From positions 1-52,428 of the forward strand of contig JBEBGB010000002.1 of assembly GCA_040081675.1 (NCBI GenBank): a DNA stretch of 52,428 bases, written 5' to 3'. The position numbers and the translations under genes were made by a program. The stretch is from Vicinamibacterales bacterium (lineage in GTDB: Bacteria; Acidobacteriota; Vicinamibacteria; Vicinamibacterales; CAVVIG01). Of this stretch, positions 1 through 9,616 are shown in pieces. Positions within the stretch are counted from its first letter, which is position 1, and every line of letters begins with the position of its first letter. The notes under the pieces were generated by a model that saw only the letters and a program-made list of their open reading frames with translations, was not told where the DNA came from and searched no databases.

Positions 1-1045
1 CTTCCTCGAGATCGGAGAGCCGGCCGTTGGTGCAGGAGCCAATGAAGGCGACGTCGATCTTCGTCCCGGCGACGTGCTGACCGTCGTTGAATCCCATGTA
101 GGCGAGCGCCTCACGATCGTGCGTCGCAATGGGCTCGCTGACACCGACCGACTGACCTGGGTTGATGCCCCAGGTCACCGTTGGTTCGATCGTCGCCGCA
201 TCGATCACCACGTGATCGTCGTACTTGGTGTCGGCGTCACTCGCCAGCGACTTCCACCAGGCGACAGCGCGGTCCCACGCGTCGCCGGTCGGGGCGTAGC
301 GCCGACCCTTCAAGAATGCGAACGTCGTCTCGTCGGGGTTCACGTACCCGGCGCGAGCGCCACCCTCGATCGACATGTTGCAGACGGTCATGCGCTCGTC
401 GATCGTCATGCGGTCGATGGTCGTGCCGCCGTATTCGTACGCGTACCCGACGCCCCCGTTGACGCCAAGTCGACGAATGATGGTGAGGATGACGTCCTTC
501 GCGTAGACGCCGGGCTTCAGCGTGCCATTGACGTCGATGCGGCGCACTTTCAAGGGGTCGAGCGCGAGGCACTGCGAGGCCAGCACGTCGCGCACTTGCG
601 ACGTGCCGATACCGAACGCGATGGCACCGAGAGCACCGTGCGTGGACGTGTGGCTGTCGCCGCACGCGATTGTCATCCCGGGCTGTGTAAGCCCCATCTC
701 GGGACCGATCACGTGGACGATGCCCTGCTGACCTGTGATGTCGTCACCTGGCGCAAACAACTCGATCCCGAACTCACGGCAGTTGCGTTCGAGTGCTGTC
801 GTCATTTCTTCCGCGGTGACGTCGAGGAAGGGACGTTTCTGCGAACTGGTGGGCACGATGTGATCGACCGTCGCGAAGGTTCGCTCGGGGAACGGGACGC
901 CCCATCCGTGCTGGCGAACCATGTCGAACGCCTGAGGACTCGTCACCTCGTGCACGAGATGCAGACCAACGAAGAGCTGGGTCTGACCGCTCGGCAGCGT
1001 CCGCACGGCGTGCGCCTTCCACACTTTTTCAAAGAGAGTTGCCAT
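1..1045 (-). CDS. leuC: 3-isopropylmalate dehydratase large subunit (aconitase family), N-terminal ~348 codons; runs off the window start
   Basis: Absent from the ORF track because it leaves the window. Reverse-strand translation from the ATG at 1045..1043 gives [41 protein letters not shown]...[24 protein letters not shown]...[16 protein letters not shown]. This matches the LeuC N-terminus and the aconitase-family Cys motifs. The listed ORF 74..1129 (+) is its antisense shadow. Confidence 0.9.
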   Translation of the reverse strand, partial: MATLFEKVWKAHAVRTLPSGQTQLFVGLHLVHEVTSPQAFDMVRQHGWGVPFPERTFATVDHIVPTSSQKRPFLDVTAEEMTTALERNCREFGIELFAPGDDITGQQGIVHVIGPEMGLTQPGMTIACGDSHTSTHGALGAIAFGIGTSQVRDVLASQCLALDPLKVRRIDVNGTLKPGVYAKDVILTIIRRLGVNGGVGYAYEYGGTTIDRMTIDERMTVCNMSIEGGARAGYVNPDETTFAFLKGRRYAPTGDAWDRAVAWWKSLASDADTKYDDHVVIDAATIEPTVTWGINPGQSVGVSEPIATHDREALAYMGFNDGQHVAGTKIDVAFIGSCTNGRLSDLEE

Positions 1046-1054
1046 GAGCCGTCC

Positions 1055-1121
1055 ATGATAATCCGAGGGCCAGATCTTGGCGCAATGGTTTGCGGCCCGC
1101 CGGCCGCCGGACGTATTATCA
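1055..1121. promoter_or_regulatory. Divergent promoter spacer with inverted Fur/Zur-box-like half sites (candidate metalloregulator operator)
   Basis: ATGATAAT (1055..1062) and ATTATCA (1115..1121) are inverted copies of the GATAAT hexamer of Fur-family boxes. They are the only AT-rich islands in the GC-rich leuC / metal-uptake spacer. TATTAT (1114..1119) could also be a -10 element for the 1132 gene. Confidence 0.25.
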
Positions 1122-1131
1122 AAATGTAGCA

Positions 1132-1428
1132 ATGACAGGACGCAGTGTGTCCCGAGGCATTCGGCGGTTCGCCTGGACGGCGTTGGCTCTCTTCGCCATC
1201 GTCCTGGTGACCGAGCAGGTCGAGCACCACGACATCCAGTGCCACCTGCGGACGCCCCAGCACTGCAACGCCTGTGCGTCCAGCCCGCTCGGGTCGGACC
1301 CGCACACCCTCGCGAACACGCACAACATCGAGCTGGCGGACGCAGGCGGTGCCGTGTGCACCGCGCGGCCTCTCGCCGGAACCATTCTTCCCGCTCGTTC
1401 CTCGGGCCGATCTCCACCGACTGTCTAG
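1132..1428 (+). CDS. Small His/Cys-rich single-pass membrane protein (hypothetical, possibly metal-binding)
   Basis: In-frame ATG at 1132 inside ORF 1090..1428: [51 protein letters not shown]... It has one N-terminal TM helix followed by an HH-x3-CH-x5-HC-x2-C cluster. It sits just upstream of the porin/ZnuA/ZnuB genes on the same strand. Confidence 0.45.
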   Translation: MTGRSVSRGIRRFAWTALALFAIVLVTEQVEHHDIQCHLRTPQHCNACASSPLGSDPHTLANTHNIELADAGGAVCTARPLAGTILPARSSGRSPPTV

Positions 1429-1642
1429 GACAGTTTCTCGAGGGTCGCAGCAGTCGCCCAAGTCTCCGCCTTCGCGCGCGCGCAGATGGGCTGGCGTGGC
1501 TTCTGCGGAGCCGGTCAAAGCAGTCCGCTGCGTCCGCCTGAAGGTGGACCAAGCGGGCGGGTGATCGACCTTCCCTCCGCTCCTTCGTTTTAGCAGGGCG
1601 AGTCTGGTCTACGCGCGGAGTGCGTGGACCGTGGAGGTATTG

Positions 1643-2929
1643 ATGATGGTGTCTCGTTGTGGGCTGCGGGTGCTCCTCGCGGCCGCCTTCGTCGCGTATT
1701 GCGGGCCGTTGTACGCCCAGCCAGCGCAAGCGGCGGCATCGGCTGAAGCGATTCGCGGCGAGATCGAACAATTGAAGCTCGACTTCGATGCGCGCATGTC
1801 GGCGCTCGAATCTCGGCTTGCGGCCTTGGAAGGGCGGCAGCCAACGACAGCGGAGCCGCCGAGTACGGCGCCTCGAGCCGCTGCCTCCGCGCCTCCGACT
1901 GGGGCCGACGGATCGGGTGCGTTGCCGAACTACGGCGGAGCGACCGGGGGCTCGAAGGTCTTCAATCCTGACATGGCGGTCATCGGCAAATTCCTGGGGG
2001 TCGCGGGGAAGAACGCGACAAATCCGCTGCCGGCGCTGGCGCTGCCGGAGTCCGAGGTGTCGCTGCAGGCTGTCGTCGACCCATACGCACGCGCCGATTT
2101 CTTCCTGTCGTTTGGGGAGGAAGGCGTGGCTGTCGAGGAGGGATATCTCACCTTCCCGACGCTGCCAGGCGGACTGCTCATGAAGGTCGGCCGGCAGTAC
2201 GCGGCGTTCGGCAAGGCGAACACGCTGCACTCACACATCTTGCCGTGGGCGGACCGACCGCTCGTGTCGACCAATCTGGTTGGTGGCGACGAGCCCATGG
2301 CGGACGCGGGCATTTCGGTGGCCCGACTCATTCCAAATCCGTGGCTGTTCCTCGAGGCAACCGGACAGGTGTTTCGGGGTGATGGCGGCGTCTTCCACTC
2401 GAGCGAGCGCAGCGATCTCAGTTACGTCGGTCACGTGCGCGGCTACCAGGACCTCAGCGAGTCCACCAATGTCGACATCGGTGCGTCTTACGCCTACGGA
2501 CACAACAACTCGGGCTTCGTCGATCCGGGCCGCTTCACGACGTCGCTTTTCGGCGTGGATGCCACGGTCCGTTGGCGGCCTCTCCAGCGGTCCATTTATC
2601 AGTCATTCCTGGGTCGCGGCGAAGTGATCTGGAGTCGGCGCGGTCAGCCACTCGAGAACAAGCAGGACGGGTCGGGCTTCTACCTCTCGGGCGACTACCA
2701 GTTTGGGCGCCGTTGGTTTGCAGGCCTGCGATTCGACAGGTCCGCGCGAGCAGAGGACAGTGCGGCATCCGACCGTGGGCAGTCCCTGGTCCTGACCTAT
2801 CGGCCGAGCGAGTTCAGTCAGCTGCGCGGTCAACTTCGCCGCACGAAGTACGCGGAGGGTGAGACTGCGAACGAGCTGCTCTTCCAGTTGCAGTTCGCCA
2901 TCGGCGCGCACGGCGCGCATCCGTTCTAA
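1643..2929 (+). CDS. Outer-membrane beta-barrel porin with N-terminal coiled coil (OprO/P-like, metal-uptake associated)
   Basis: ORF 1631..2929. The preferred start is ATG 1643, which lies 5 nt after GGAGG (1633..1637). It has a signal peptide ...[13 protein letters not shown], a heptad segment [31 protein letters not shown], then alternating beta-strand-like sequence ending in an aromatic residue (...AHGAHPF). Confidence 0.7.
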   Translation: MMVSRCGLRVLLAAAFVAYCGPLYAQPAQAAASAEAIRGEIEQLKLDFDARMSALESRLAALEGRQPTTAEPPSTAPRAAASAPPTGADGSGALPNYGGATGGSKVFNPDMAVIGKFLGVAGKNATNPLPALALPESEVSLQAVVDPYARADFFLSFGEEGVAVEEGYLTFPTLPGGLLMKVGRQYAAFGKANTLHSHILPWADRPLVSTNLVGGDEPMADAGISVARLIPNPWLFLEATGQVFRGDGGVFHSSERSDLSYVGHVRGYQDLSESTNVDIGASYAYGHNNSGFVDPGRFTTSLFGVDATVRWRPLQRSIYQSFLGRGEVIWSRRGQPLENKQDGSGFYLSGDYQFGRRWFAGLRFDRSARAEDSAASDRGQSLVLTYRPSEFSQLRGQLRRTKYAEGETANELLFQLQFAIGAHGAHPF

Positions 2930-2974
2930 CGAGGCCCACGTGGACCGAGCCTCGCTAGAACCGCTCTATTGTTT

Positions 2975-2993
2975 GCCCCGCCTCCGGCGGGGC
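2975..2993 (+). other. GC-rich stem-loop between the porin and binding-protein genes (possible attenuator or processing site)
   Basis: GCCCCGCC-TCC-GGCGGGGC forms an 8-bp perfect stem. No U-tract follows, so it is not a classical intrinsic terminator. Confidence 0.3.
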
Positions 2994-3082
2994 GTCGCCT
3001 TGACGGAGGCAGAAACTTGGACCCACTCGCAACATCATCTGGTCCGTCAAGGCTCGGGAAGCGTCATGCAATTACAGGAGTC

Positions 3083-4018
3083 ATGGCTATGCGCATAATC
3101 ACTCGTCTTGCCGTTCTCGGTCTCGTGGCCGTCGCCGTGTCGGCGCGTCCGGCGTCCGCAGCGCTGAGGGTCGTGGCGACAACAGCGGACCTTGCTGCGA
3201 TCACAAGCGAGGTCGGCGGCACCAAGGTGCAGGTGGATGCTCTCGCCAAGGGCTATCAGGATCCGCACTTCGTCGAGGCAAAGCCCAGTTTCATTCTCTT
3301 GATGAGTCGAGCCGATCTGCTCGTGCTCGTGGGTCGCGAACTCGAAATCGGATGGCTGTCGCCGCTCATCAACAGCAGCCGCAATGCAAAGATCCAGGTG
3401 GGTGCCAGCGGGTATCTTGATGCTTCACAGAACGTCAAGATTCTCGAGATTCCCACCGGCCAGATTACCCGCGCCATGGGAGACGTGCATCCGTCGGGCA
3501 ATCCTCATTATTGGCTGGACCCTGGGAATGGCCGCAGGATGGCCGCGACCATTCGCGACAAGCTGAGCGAACTGTCGCCGGCGGACAAGGCGTATTTCGC
3601 ACAGCGTTACAGCGACTTCGACGGACGCCTCGCAGCAGCCGAGAAGAAGTGGGACGCGGCAATGTTGCCGTACAAGGGCACGAAGATCGTGACGTACCAC
3701 CGATCGTGGCCCAACTTCGTGGACCGGTTCGGCCTGGAGGTCATCGGCTATGTCGAGCCGAAGCCTGGCATTCCTCCGTCTCCGTCCCATACGCTCGATC
3801 TGATCGACGAGATGAAGCGTCAGGGCGTGAAGTTGATCGCGGTCGAACCCTACTTCGACCTGAAGACGCCGCAGGCCGTCGCCACGCAGGTCGGCGGCAA
3901 GGTGCTCGTGCTGGCGCCGTCGGTGGGCGGCACCAAGGAAGCCACCGATTACATCGCGCTGTTCGACTACGACGTCAATCTCATGGTCACCGCGCTCAAA
4001 CAGGTCACGGGAAAGTAG
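3083..4018 (+). CDS. ZnuA/TroA-family (cluster A-I) metal ABC transporter substrate-binding protein
   Basis: ATG 3083 lies 2 nt after AGGAG (3076..3080), in frame with ORF 2969..4018. The translation is MAMRIITRLAVLGLVAVAVSARPASAALRVVATTADLAAITSEVGG...GDVHPSGNPHYWLDPGNG...TYHRSWPNFVDRFGLEV. These are the typical ZnuA/TroA metal-ligand His motifs plus a signal peptide. Confidence 0.85.
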   Translation: MAMRIITRLAVLGLVAVAVSARPASAALRVVATTADLAAITSEVGGTKVQVDALAKGYQDPHFVEAKPSFILLMSRADLLVLVGRELEIGWLSPLINSSRNAKIQVGASGYLDASQNVKILEIPTGQITRAMGDVHPSGNPHYWLDPGNGRRMAATIRDKLSELSPADKAYFAQRYSDFDGRLAAAEKKWDAAMLPYKGTKIVTYHRSWPNFVDRFGLEVIGYVEPKPGIPPSPSHTLDLIDEMKRQGVKLIAVEPYFDLKTPQAVATQVGGKVLVLAPSVGGTKEATDYIALFDYDVNLMVTALKQVTGK

Positions 4019-4028
4019 GGCGCCGGCA

Positions 4029-4862
4029 ATGGACTGGTCGATCCTGACGTTTTTGGCAGCGCCAATTGTGGCGAGTCTCATCATCGCGGGCATTCACTCG
4101 TATCTCGGCTTGCATGTCGTCGAGCGCGGGGTCATCTTCGTCGATCTCTCGCTCGCACAGATCGCCTCGCTGGGCGCCGCGATTGCCGTCTGGCAGGGTT
4201 CCGATCCACACAGTGCGATCGTCTACTGGATGAGTCTCGGGTTCACCCTGATCGGCGCGTTCATCTTCGCGATGATCAAGGGGCACGAGGCGAAAATCCC
4301 CAAGGAAGCGTTCATCGGCATTTCCTACGCCGTGGCGTCGGCGGCGGTCATTCTCACCTTGAGCAAGGCTACGGGTGAGTCCGAGCACCTGCGCGATATG
4401 CTGGTTGGCAACATCCTCTCCGTTCAGTGGCCGGAAGTCTGGACGACGGCAGCGGTGTACGTGGGAATTGGAGCCTTCCACTATTTCTTCAGGGCGCGGT
4501 TCCTGGAGATTTCGATGGATGCTGAAGGCGCGGCCGCCAGAGGGGTCTCGGTGCGGTTCTGGGATTTCTTGTTCTACGCATCGTTCGGACTCGTCGTCAC
4601 GCGCTCGGTGGCGATTGCTGGCGTCCTGCTCGTGTTTTGTTATCTGATCGTTCCCTCCGTGGGTGCGATGCTGTGGGCGGGCCGTATCGTGCCGCGACTG
4701 GCCATTGGGTGGGTGATGGGTGTGGTGGTCTCGATGTTGGGGATGTACTTCTCTGTCGCGTTCGATCTTCCCACCGGTGCCACGATCGTGTGCACGTTCG
4801 GTCTCGTACTGATTCTCATGGCCGCGGTCAGGCCGCTCATCGGGTCGCATGCAGTGTCGTAA
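4029..4862 (+). CDS. ABC-3 family metal (Zn/Mn) transporter permease, ZnuB-like
   Basis: A 277-aa polytopic membrane protein: MDWSILTFLAAPIVASLIIAGIHSYLGLHVVERGVIFVDLSLAQIASLGAAIAV... The start is 10 nt after the binding-protein stop. Confidence 0.85.
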   Translation: MDWSILTFLAAPIVASLIIAGIHSYLGLHVVERGVIFVDLSLAQIASLGAAIAVWQGSDPHSAIVYWMSLGFTLIGAFIFAMIKGHEAKIPKEAFIGISYAVASAAVILTLSKATGESEHLRDMLVGNILSVQWPEVWTTAAVYVGIGAFHYFFRARFLEISMDAEGAAARGVSVRFWDFLFYASFGLVVTRSVAIAGVLLVFCYLIVPSVGAMLWAGRIVPRLAIGWVMGVVVSMLGMYFSVAFDLPTGATIVCTFGLVLILMAAVRPLIGSHAVS

Positions 4863-5049
4863 GTGCGGCACCACGATCGCCGAGAAGGCGATCATTTGTT
4901 ACAAGTGCGGAACGGCAACGACCGACGCGAAGTATCAACCGTATGTTGCGCCCGACAGTGGTCGACGGACGCCACTCGTCTACGTCGTCGTAGCGGTCAT
5001 CGTGCTGGTGCTGCTCGCGTGGTTCTTGTTACACTCGTCGCTTGTCTAG
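4849..5049 (+). CDS. Zinc-ribbon microprotein with C-terminal TM helix
   Basis: MQCRKCGTTIAEKAIICYKCGTATTD... contains CxxC-x13-CxxC followed by LVYVVVAVIVLVLLAWFLL. It overlaps the permease end by 14 nt and the bioB start by 8 nt. Confidence 0.6.
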   Translation: MQCRKCGTTIAEKAIICYKCGTATTDAKYQPYVAPDSGRRTPLVYVVVAVIVLVLLAWFLLHSSLV

Positions 5050-6043
5050 CCTGACTGTGTCTTCTGCTGAGATTCGTCACAATTGGACGATCGCCGAGAT
5101 CGAGGCGGTCTACACATCGCCGCTCCCGGACCTCGTTTTCCGTGCGCAGCAGGCGCATCGTGCGTACCACCGGACCGACCAGGTGCAGGGCTGCATGCTG
5201 CTCAGCATCAAGACCGGCGGATGCCCGGAAGACTGCGCCTACTGCCCACAGTCGGCGCATTACAAGACCGACGTCCTACGCTCGGAGCTTGTTTCGCTCG
5301 AGGCCCTCACCGAAGCCGCGGGGCAGGCGAAGGCGCAAGGCGCCACGCGCTTCTGCATGGGTGCGGCCTGGCGCGACGTCCCGAACGGCAAGTCGTTCGA
5401 CCGCGTGCTCGACATGGTCCGCGTGGTTCGCGGATTCGGCCTCGAAGCCTGCTGCACCCTTGGCATGCTCACGCAGGAACAAGCCGACAAGCTGGCAGAC
5501 GCGGGGCTCACCGCGTACAACCACAATCTCGATACGTCTCCCGAATTCTATGGGTCGATCATCACGACCCGCACCTACGACGAGCGGCTGCAGACGCTCG
5601 CGCGCGTCAGGCAGGCCGGTATCACCGTGTGCTGCGGCGGCATCATCGGTCTCGGAGAGGATCGGCGCGTGCGCTACGGGCTGCTCAAGCAGCTCTCGTC
5701 ACTCAGTCCGCATCCCGAGAGTGTGCCCGTGAACATGCTGGTGAAGGTGGACGGGACGCCCCTCGAGGACGTGGCGCCGGAGGATCCCCTCGAGTTGGTA
5801 CGGACCATCGCCACGGCGCGCATTCTGATGCCGGCCTCGATGGTGCGGCTCAGTGCCGGACGCATGCAGCTGACCGACGAAGCACAGGCGCTGTGCTTCA
5901 TTGCGGGCGCCAACTCGGTCTTTCTCGGCGACCGGCTGCTGACAACGCCCAATCCCGGCGAAACCCACGACGAACAGCTGTTCGGCAAGCTCGGCATGCG
6001 ATTGACGCCGAGCGAGGTCGACACGGTGAATGCCGGGGGATAG
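5042..6043 (+). CDS. bioB: Biotin synthase (radical SAM)
   Basis: SIKTGGCPEDCAYCPQS is the CxxxCxxC radical-SAM motif, and the overall pattern is BioB-like (NHNLDTS, GGIIGLGE). The longest-ORF start is TTG 5042; GTG 5057 is an alternative. Confidence 0.93.
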   Translation: MSSLTVSSAEIRHNWTIAEIEAVYTSPLPDLVFRAQQAHRAYHRTDQVQGCMLLSIKTGGCPEDCAYCPQSAHYKTDVLRSELVSLEALTEAAGQAKAQGATRFCMGAAWRDVPNGKSFDRVLDMVRVVRGFGLEACCTLGMLTQEQADKLADAGLTAYNHNLDTSPEFYGSIITTRTYDERLQTLARVRQAGITVCCGGIIGLGEDRRVRYGLLKQLSSLSPHPESVPVNMLVKVDGTPLEDVAPEDPLELVRTIATARILMPASMVRLSAGRMQLTDEAQALCFIAGANSVFLGDRLLTTPNPGETHDEQLFGKLGMRLTPSEVDTVNAGG

Positions 6044-7178
6044 CTCGCTCGAAGCCACGGTCCGCGCCCGGCTTGCGGACCTGCAGGCACAGAACCTTCT
6101 CAGAACACTCAGGCCGCCCTTTGGGATCGACCTGTCGTCGAACGACTACCTCACGCTTTCAACGCATCCGCGCGTAGTCGCGGCGTTTGCCGCTGGTGTT
6201 GCAGCCGAAGGCGTCGGCAGCACCGGGTCGAGGCTGCTGCGCGGCGAGCGACACGCGTTCGAGGAGGTGGAACGACGGTTCGCGGCGTTCAAGGGGACAG
6301 AGCGCGGGCTGTTCTTCTCGTCCGGCTACCTCGCGAACCTCAGTGTCCTTTCGACGCTGGCCGAGGCCGGCGACGTGATCTTCTCCGACGCGCTCAATCA
6401 CGCCAGCCTGATCGACGGCGTCCGCTTGTCGAGAGCCAGCCGCGTGGTGTTCCCGCACAACGACGTGGAGGGGCTTGCGCGTCTGATCGAGACCACTTCC
6501 TGCACCGGTCAGCGCTTCGTCGTCGTCGAGTCGCTGTTCAGCATGGACGGCGACGAGGCGCCGCTGGTCGAGTACGCCGAGCTGTGTCGACGCGCTGGCG
6601 CCTCATTGATAGTGGATGAGGCACACGCGGTTGGTGTCTACGGCGAGCGAGGCACTGGCTTGATCGAAGCCTCAGGTGTGTTGCTCGACGTGCTCATGTC
6701 CATCAACCCGGCGGGCAAGGCTCTGGGCGTCGGTGGCGCCTGTGTGACTGGTGCGGCATGGGCGATCGAGTACCTGGTGCAACGCGCCCGACCGTTCGTG
6801 TTCTCGACGGCGTCTCCGCCAGCGATGGCCTACGCTCTGCTCGAGTCGCTCGACGTCGTCCGAGATGAACCGGAGCGTCGCATGCGCTTGCGATCGTTAT
6901 CGGCGGGACTTCGCGCGCGTCTGGCCGAAGCCGGGCACAAGGTACTCCAGGGGTCGTCGCACATCGTGCCGGTGCTGATTGGCGGCAACGACGCGGCTCT
7001 GGCGGTCGCCGCCTCGCTCCAGGCGGAGGGCTTCGACGTGCGCGCGATACGTCCTCCGACGGTGCCAGCCGGCACCTCGCGGTTGCGAGTGTCCGTGAAC
7101 GTCGGACTCGACGGCGCCACGCTCGACAGGTTTGTCGAGAGGCTCACCGTCGCGATGAAGGAGGCACACGCGTGCTGA
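6030..7178 (+). CDS. bioF: 8-amino-7-oxononanoate synthase
   Basis: Alpha-oxoamine synthase pattern: SNDYLTLS, GSTGSRLLRG, SDALNHASLIDG, VVESLFSMDGD, VDEAHAVG, and the PLP-Lys context NPAGKALG. Confidence 0.9.
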   Translation: MPGDSSLEATVRARLADLQAQNLLRTLRPPFGIDLSSNDYLTLSTHPRVVAAFAAGVAAEGVGSTGSRLLRGERHAFEEVERRFAAFKGTERGLFFSSGYLANLSVLSTLAEAGDVIFSDALNHASLIDGVRLSRASRVVFPHNDVEGLARLIETTSCTGQRFVVVESLFSMDGDEAPLVEYAELCRRAGASLIVDEAHAVGVYGERGTGLIEASGVLLDVLMSINPAGKALGVGGACVTGAAWAIEYLVQRARPFVFSTASPPAMAYALLESLDVVRDEPERRMRLRSLSAGLRARLAEAGHKVLQGSSHIVPVLIGGNDAALAVAASLQAEGFDVRAIRPPTVPAGTSRLRVSVNVGLDGATLDRFVERLTVAMKEAHAC

Positions 7179-7834
7179 GCGGTCTCTTTGTAACAGGCAC
7201 CGACACGGGCGTCGGCAAGACGCTGGTCTCTGCGGCGTTGCTCCACCGTTTTCGCAGCGTTTCCGGACTCCGCTACTGGAAGCCGGTGCAGACAGGCATC
7301 GAGCTCGATGACGACACCGCGGAGGTGTTACGTCTGAGTGGTCTGCCTGACGACCGCGCATTGCACGAAGGCGTGCGCTTGGCGCGCCCGCTGTCGCCGC
7401 ATCTGTCGGCGTCTCTCGCCGGTTTGTCGATCGCGGTCGCCGGACTCGTCGAGACGGCTTCGCTTCAGGACGCGTCCACGCGCTGGATCGTCGAGGGTGC
7501 GGGCGGCGTGCTGGTGCCGCTCAACGAGCGCGAGTTGATGATCGACTTCATGACGGTGCTGGGATTGCCGGTCGTGGTCGCGGCACGAAGTGGACTGGGC
7601 ACCATCAATCACACGTTGCTGACACTCGAGGCGCTTCGCGCGCGAGCCCTGTCGATCGCCGGCGTGGTGCTCGTCGGTCCGACGAACGTGGACAATCGCA
7701 TCGCCATTGAAACCCACGGCCGCACGGCGGTCATCGGCGAGTTGAACTGGCTCGACCCTCTCACGCCGGCGGCGCTGCAGGAGGCGTCCACCGCAATTGC
7801 GCCAGGCGCGGCACTCGACTGGGCATTTGCGTGA
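7172..7834 (+). CDS. bioD: Dethiobiotin synthetase
   Basis: MLSGLFVTGTDTGVGKT is the P-loop. EGAGGVLVPL is also present. Size and operon position fit. Confidence 0.9.
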   Translation: MLSGLFVTGTDTGVGKTLVSAALLHRFRSVSGLRYWKPVQTGIELDDDTAEVLRLSGLPDDRALHEGVRLARPLSPHLSASLAGLSIAVAGLVETASLQDASTRWIVEGAGGVLVPLNERELMIDFMTVLGLPVVVAARSGLGTINHTLLTLEALRARALSIAGVVLVGPTNVDNRIAIETHGRTAVIGELNWLDPLTPAALQEASTAIAPGAALDWAFA

Positions 7835-9264
7835 TGGCTCCTGATCCTTCGCAGGTCCGGCCGCAGCCCGGCACGACACGTGACGATGCCAGATCGCTCG
7901 CCGAGCGAGACGCTGCGCACGTGTGGCACCCGTACACGCAGATGCGCACCAGACCTGCGCCCATTCCCATCGTGCGCGGCGAAGGTGTGTATCTCTTCAC
8001 CGAGGATGGCCGGCGTTTGCTGGACGGGACCTCGTCGTGGTGGGTGAACATTCACGGGCACTCGCACCCCGTGTTGAACGAGGCGCTCGCGCGTCAGGCG
8101 CGCGAGATCGAGCACGTCATCTTTGCGAACTGCACCCACCGGCCGGGCGTCGAGTTGGCGGAACGACTGGTAGAGGTGTTGCCGACCGGACTGACGCGCG
8201 TGTTCTACTCGGACAACGGATCGACCGCCGTCGAAGTCGCCATGAAGATGGCGAGTCAGTTCTGGAGCAATCAGGGGCAGACGCGTCGAACATTTGTCAC
8301 GCTGCACCACGCCTACCACGGCGACACCGTCGGTGCGATGTCCGCCAGCGAAGCATCGCTCTTTACCAAGCCATTCGAGTCGATGCTGTTCCGCGTGGTA
8401 CGCGCGCACGCCCCGTATTGCTATCGCTGTCCCCTCGGGCTCGAACGCGAGACCTGCGGTGTGGCGTGTCTGGGAACGGTGGAACGTCCATCTCGGACTG
8501 ACGAAGCCGCGTGGCTTGCGACCTTGGCCCAACAGCTTGCGCGTCACGGAAGCGACGTGGCGGCGGTGCTGGTGGAGCCCATGCTTCAAGGCGCCGGCGG
8601 CATGATTGTGTGGCCGTCGGCCTTTCTCGCTGGCGTGCGCAGGCTGTGCGACGAACACGGCGTATTGATGATTGCCGACGAGGTCCTCACGGGTTTTGGC
8701 CGCACCGGCCGACTCTTCGCCTGCGAGCATGCTGACGTGTCGCCAGACATCATCTGTCTGTCGAAGGCCGTGACCGGCGGGTACTTGCCCCTTGGAGTGA
8801 CGGCGACAACAGAACGCGTCTACGCCGCCTTTCTCAGCGACGATCGCTCGCACACCTTCTTTCACGGACACTCGTTCACGGGGAACCCACTCGCGTGCGC
8901 GTTGGCCATCGCGAGCCTCCAGCTGATTCACGAGACTCGAGCGATTGAAAAAGTCGCGCGCATCGAGGGGTGGCTGAGGCGCGGGCTCGAACCCCTCGCG
9001 GCCCATCCGTCTGTCGGCGAAGTCCGCGTCCTCGGCGGCGCCGGCATCGTCGAACTGGTCGTGGACAAGGAGACGAAGGCCGCGGGCGGATACCTGGACG
9101 GCGTCGGACCGAAGCTGGCCAATGCTTTTCTCGACCGAGGACTGCTGCTGCGTCCTCTGGGCAACGTTGTGTACGCGCTGCCGCCGTATGTCATCACCGA
9201 GGCAGAGACCGACTGGATGACGTCGCAGATCGGGGACGCCGTCCGGGATGTGCTCGGCGTATGA
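7831..9264 (+). CDS. bioA: Adenosylmethionine-8-amino-7-oxononanoate aminotransferase
   Basis: Class-III aminotransferase pattern: WHPYTQM, SSWWVNIHGH, DEVLTGFGRTG, LSKAVTGGYLPLG. It has a 4-nt ATGA-type overlap with bioD. Confidence 0.92.
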   Translation: MMAPDPSQVRPQPGTTRDDARSLAERDAAHVWHPYTQMRTRPAPIPIVRGEGVYLFTEDGRRLLDGTSSWWVNIHGHSHPVLNEALARQAREIEHVIFANCTHRPGVELAERLVEVLPTGLTRVFYSDNGSTAVEVAMKMASQFWSNQGQTRRTFVTLHHAYHGDTVGAMSASEASLFTKPFESMLFRVVRAHAPYCYRCPLGLERETCGVACLGTVERPSRTDEAAWLATLAQQLARHGSDVAAVLVEPMLQGAGGMIVWPSAFLAGVRRLCDEHGVLMIADEVLTGFGRTGRLFACEHADVSPDIICLSKAVTGGYLPLGVTATTERVYAAFLSDDRSHTFFHGHSFTGNPLACALAIASLQLIHETRAIEKVARIEGWLRRGLEPLAAHPSVGEVRVLGGAGIVELVVDKETKAAGGYLDGVGPKLANAFLDRGLLLRPLGNVVYALPPYVITEAETDWMTSQIGDAVRDVLGV

Positions 9265-9545
9265 CAGACCGGCGCAAGGTCGTCGTCGCCGTTGCGCTCT
9301 GGCTCCTCCTCGCGGCAGTGGTCTGGAATGTGATCTTCGATCGCCTCATCGTCCTCGCGGGACGACGGTATTCGCACGACGCGTACGTCCTGTACCGCAG
9401 CACCGGCCGCTATCTGCTCATCAACGACGTGATGCGTCCGGCCATTGCTCATGCCGTTCGTGTCGCCACCGCCGTCGCCGGCACCATTGCCGTGGTCGCC
9501 ATGCTCGCGATTCGCTTCGCCGCGCGTGGGCGGCCGGGGGGCTGA
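9261..9545 (+). CDS. Small two-TM membrane protein, translationally coupled to bioA (hypothetical)
   Basis: ATG 9261 overlaps the bioA TGA (ATGA). The translation is MTDRRKVVVAVALWLLLAAVVWNVIF...VATAVAGTIAVVAMLAIRFAARG. It is in frame with the listed ORF 8970..9545. Confidence 0.55.
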   Translation: MTDRRKVVVAVALWLLLAAVVWNVIFDRLIVLAGRRYSHDAYVLYRSTGRYLLINDVMRPAIAHAVRVATAVAGTIAVVAMLAIRFAARGRPGG

Positions 9546-9574
9546 ACCGCCGCAGCTGTAGTGCGCAAATTAAA

Positions 9575-9604
9575 TATTGACAGGCTATTGTCAATATATA
9601 GAAT
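9575..9604 (+). promoter_or_regulatory. Palindromic operator overlapping a near-consensus sigma70-type promoter upstream of the TetR gene
   Basis: TATTGACA-N6-TGTCAATA (9575..9582 / 9589..9596) is a perfect 8-bp inverted repeat. TTGACA (9577..9582), a 16-nt spacer and TAGAAT (9599..9604) lie 12 nt before ATG 9617. It is an AT-rich island in a GC-rich genome. Confidence 0.7.
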
Positions 9605-9616
9605 CTCTCTCCATCG

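Noticed and set aside
74-1129. 351-aa plus-strand ORF at the window start
   Set aside because: It is antisense to a clear leuC reading frame. Its translation is Arg/Gly/Val-rich with no motifs. It is a typical high-GC shadow ORF.
7609-9006. 465-aa minus-strand ORF opposite bioD/bioA, and likewise 24808..26016 (-) opposite the TonB receptor
   Set aside because: The opposite strands carry unambiguous BioA and TonB-receptor motifs. These are shadow ORFs.
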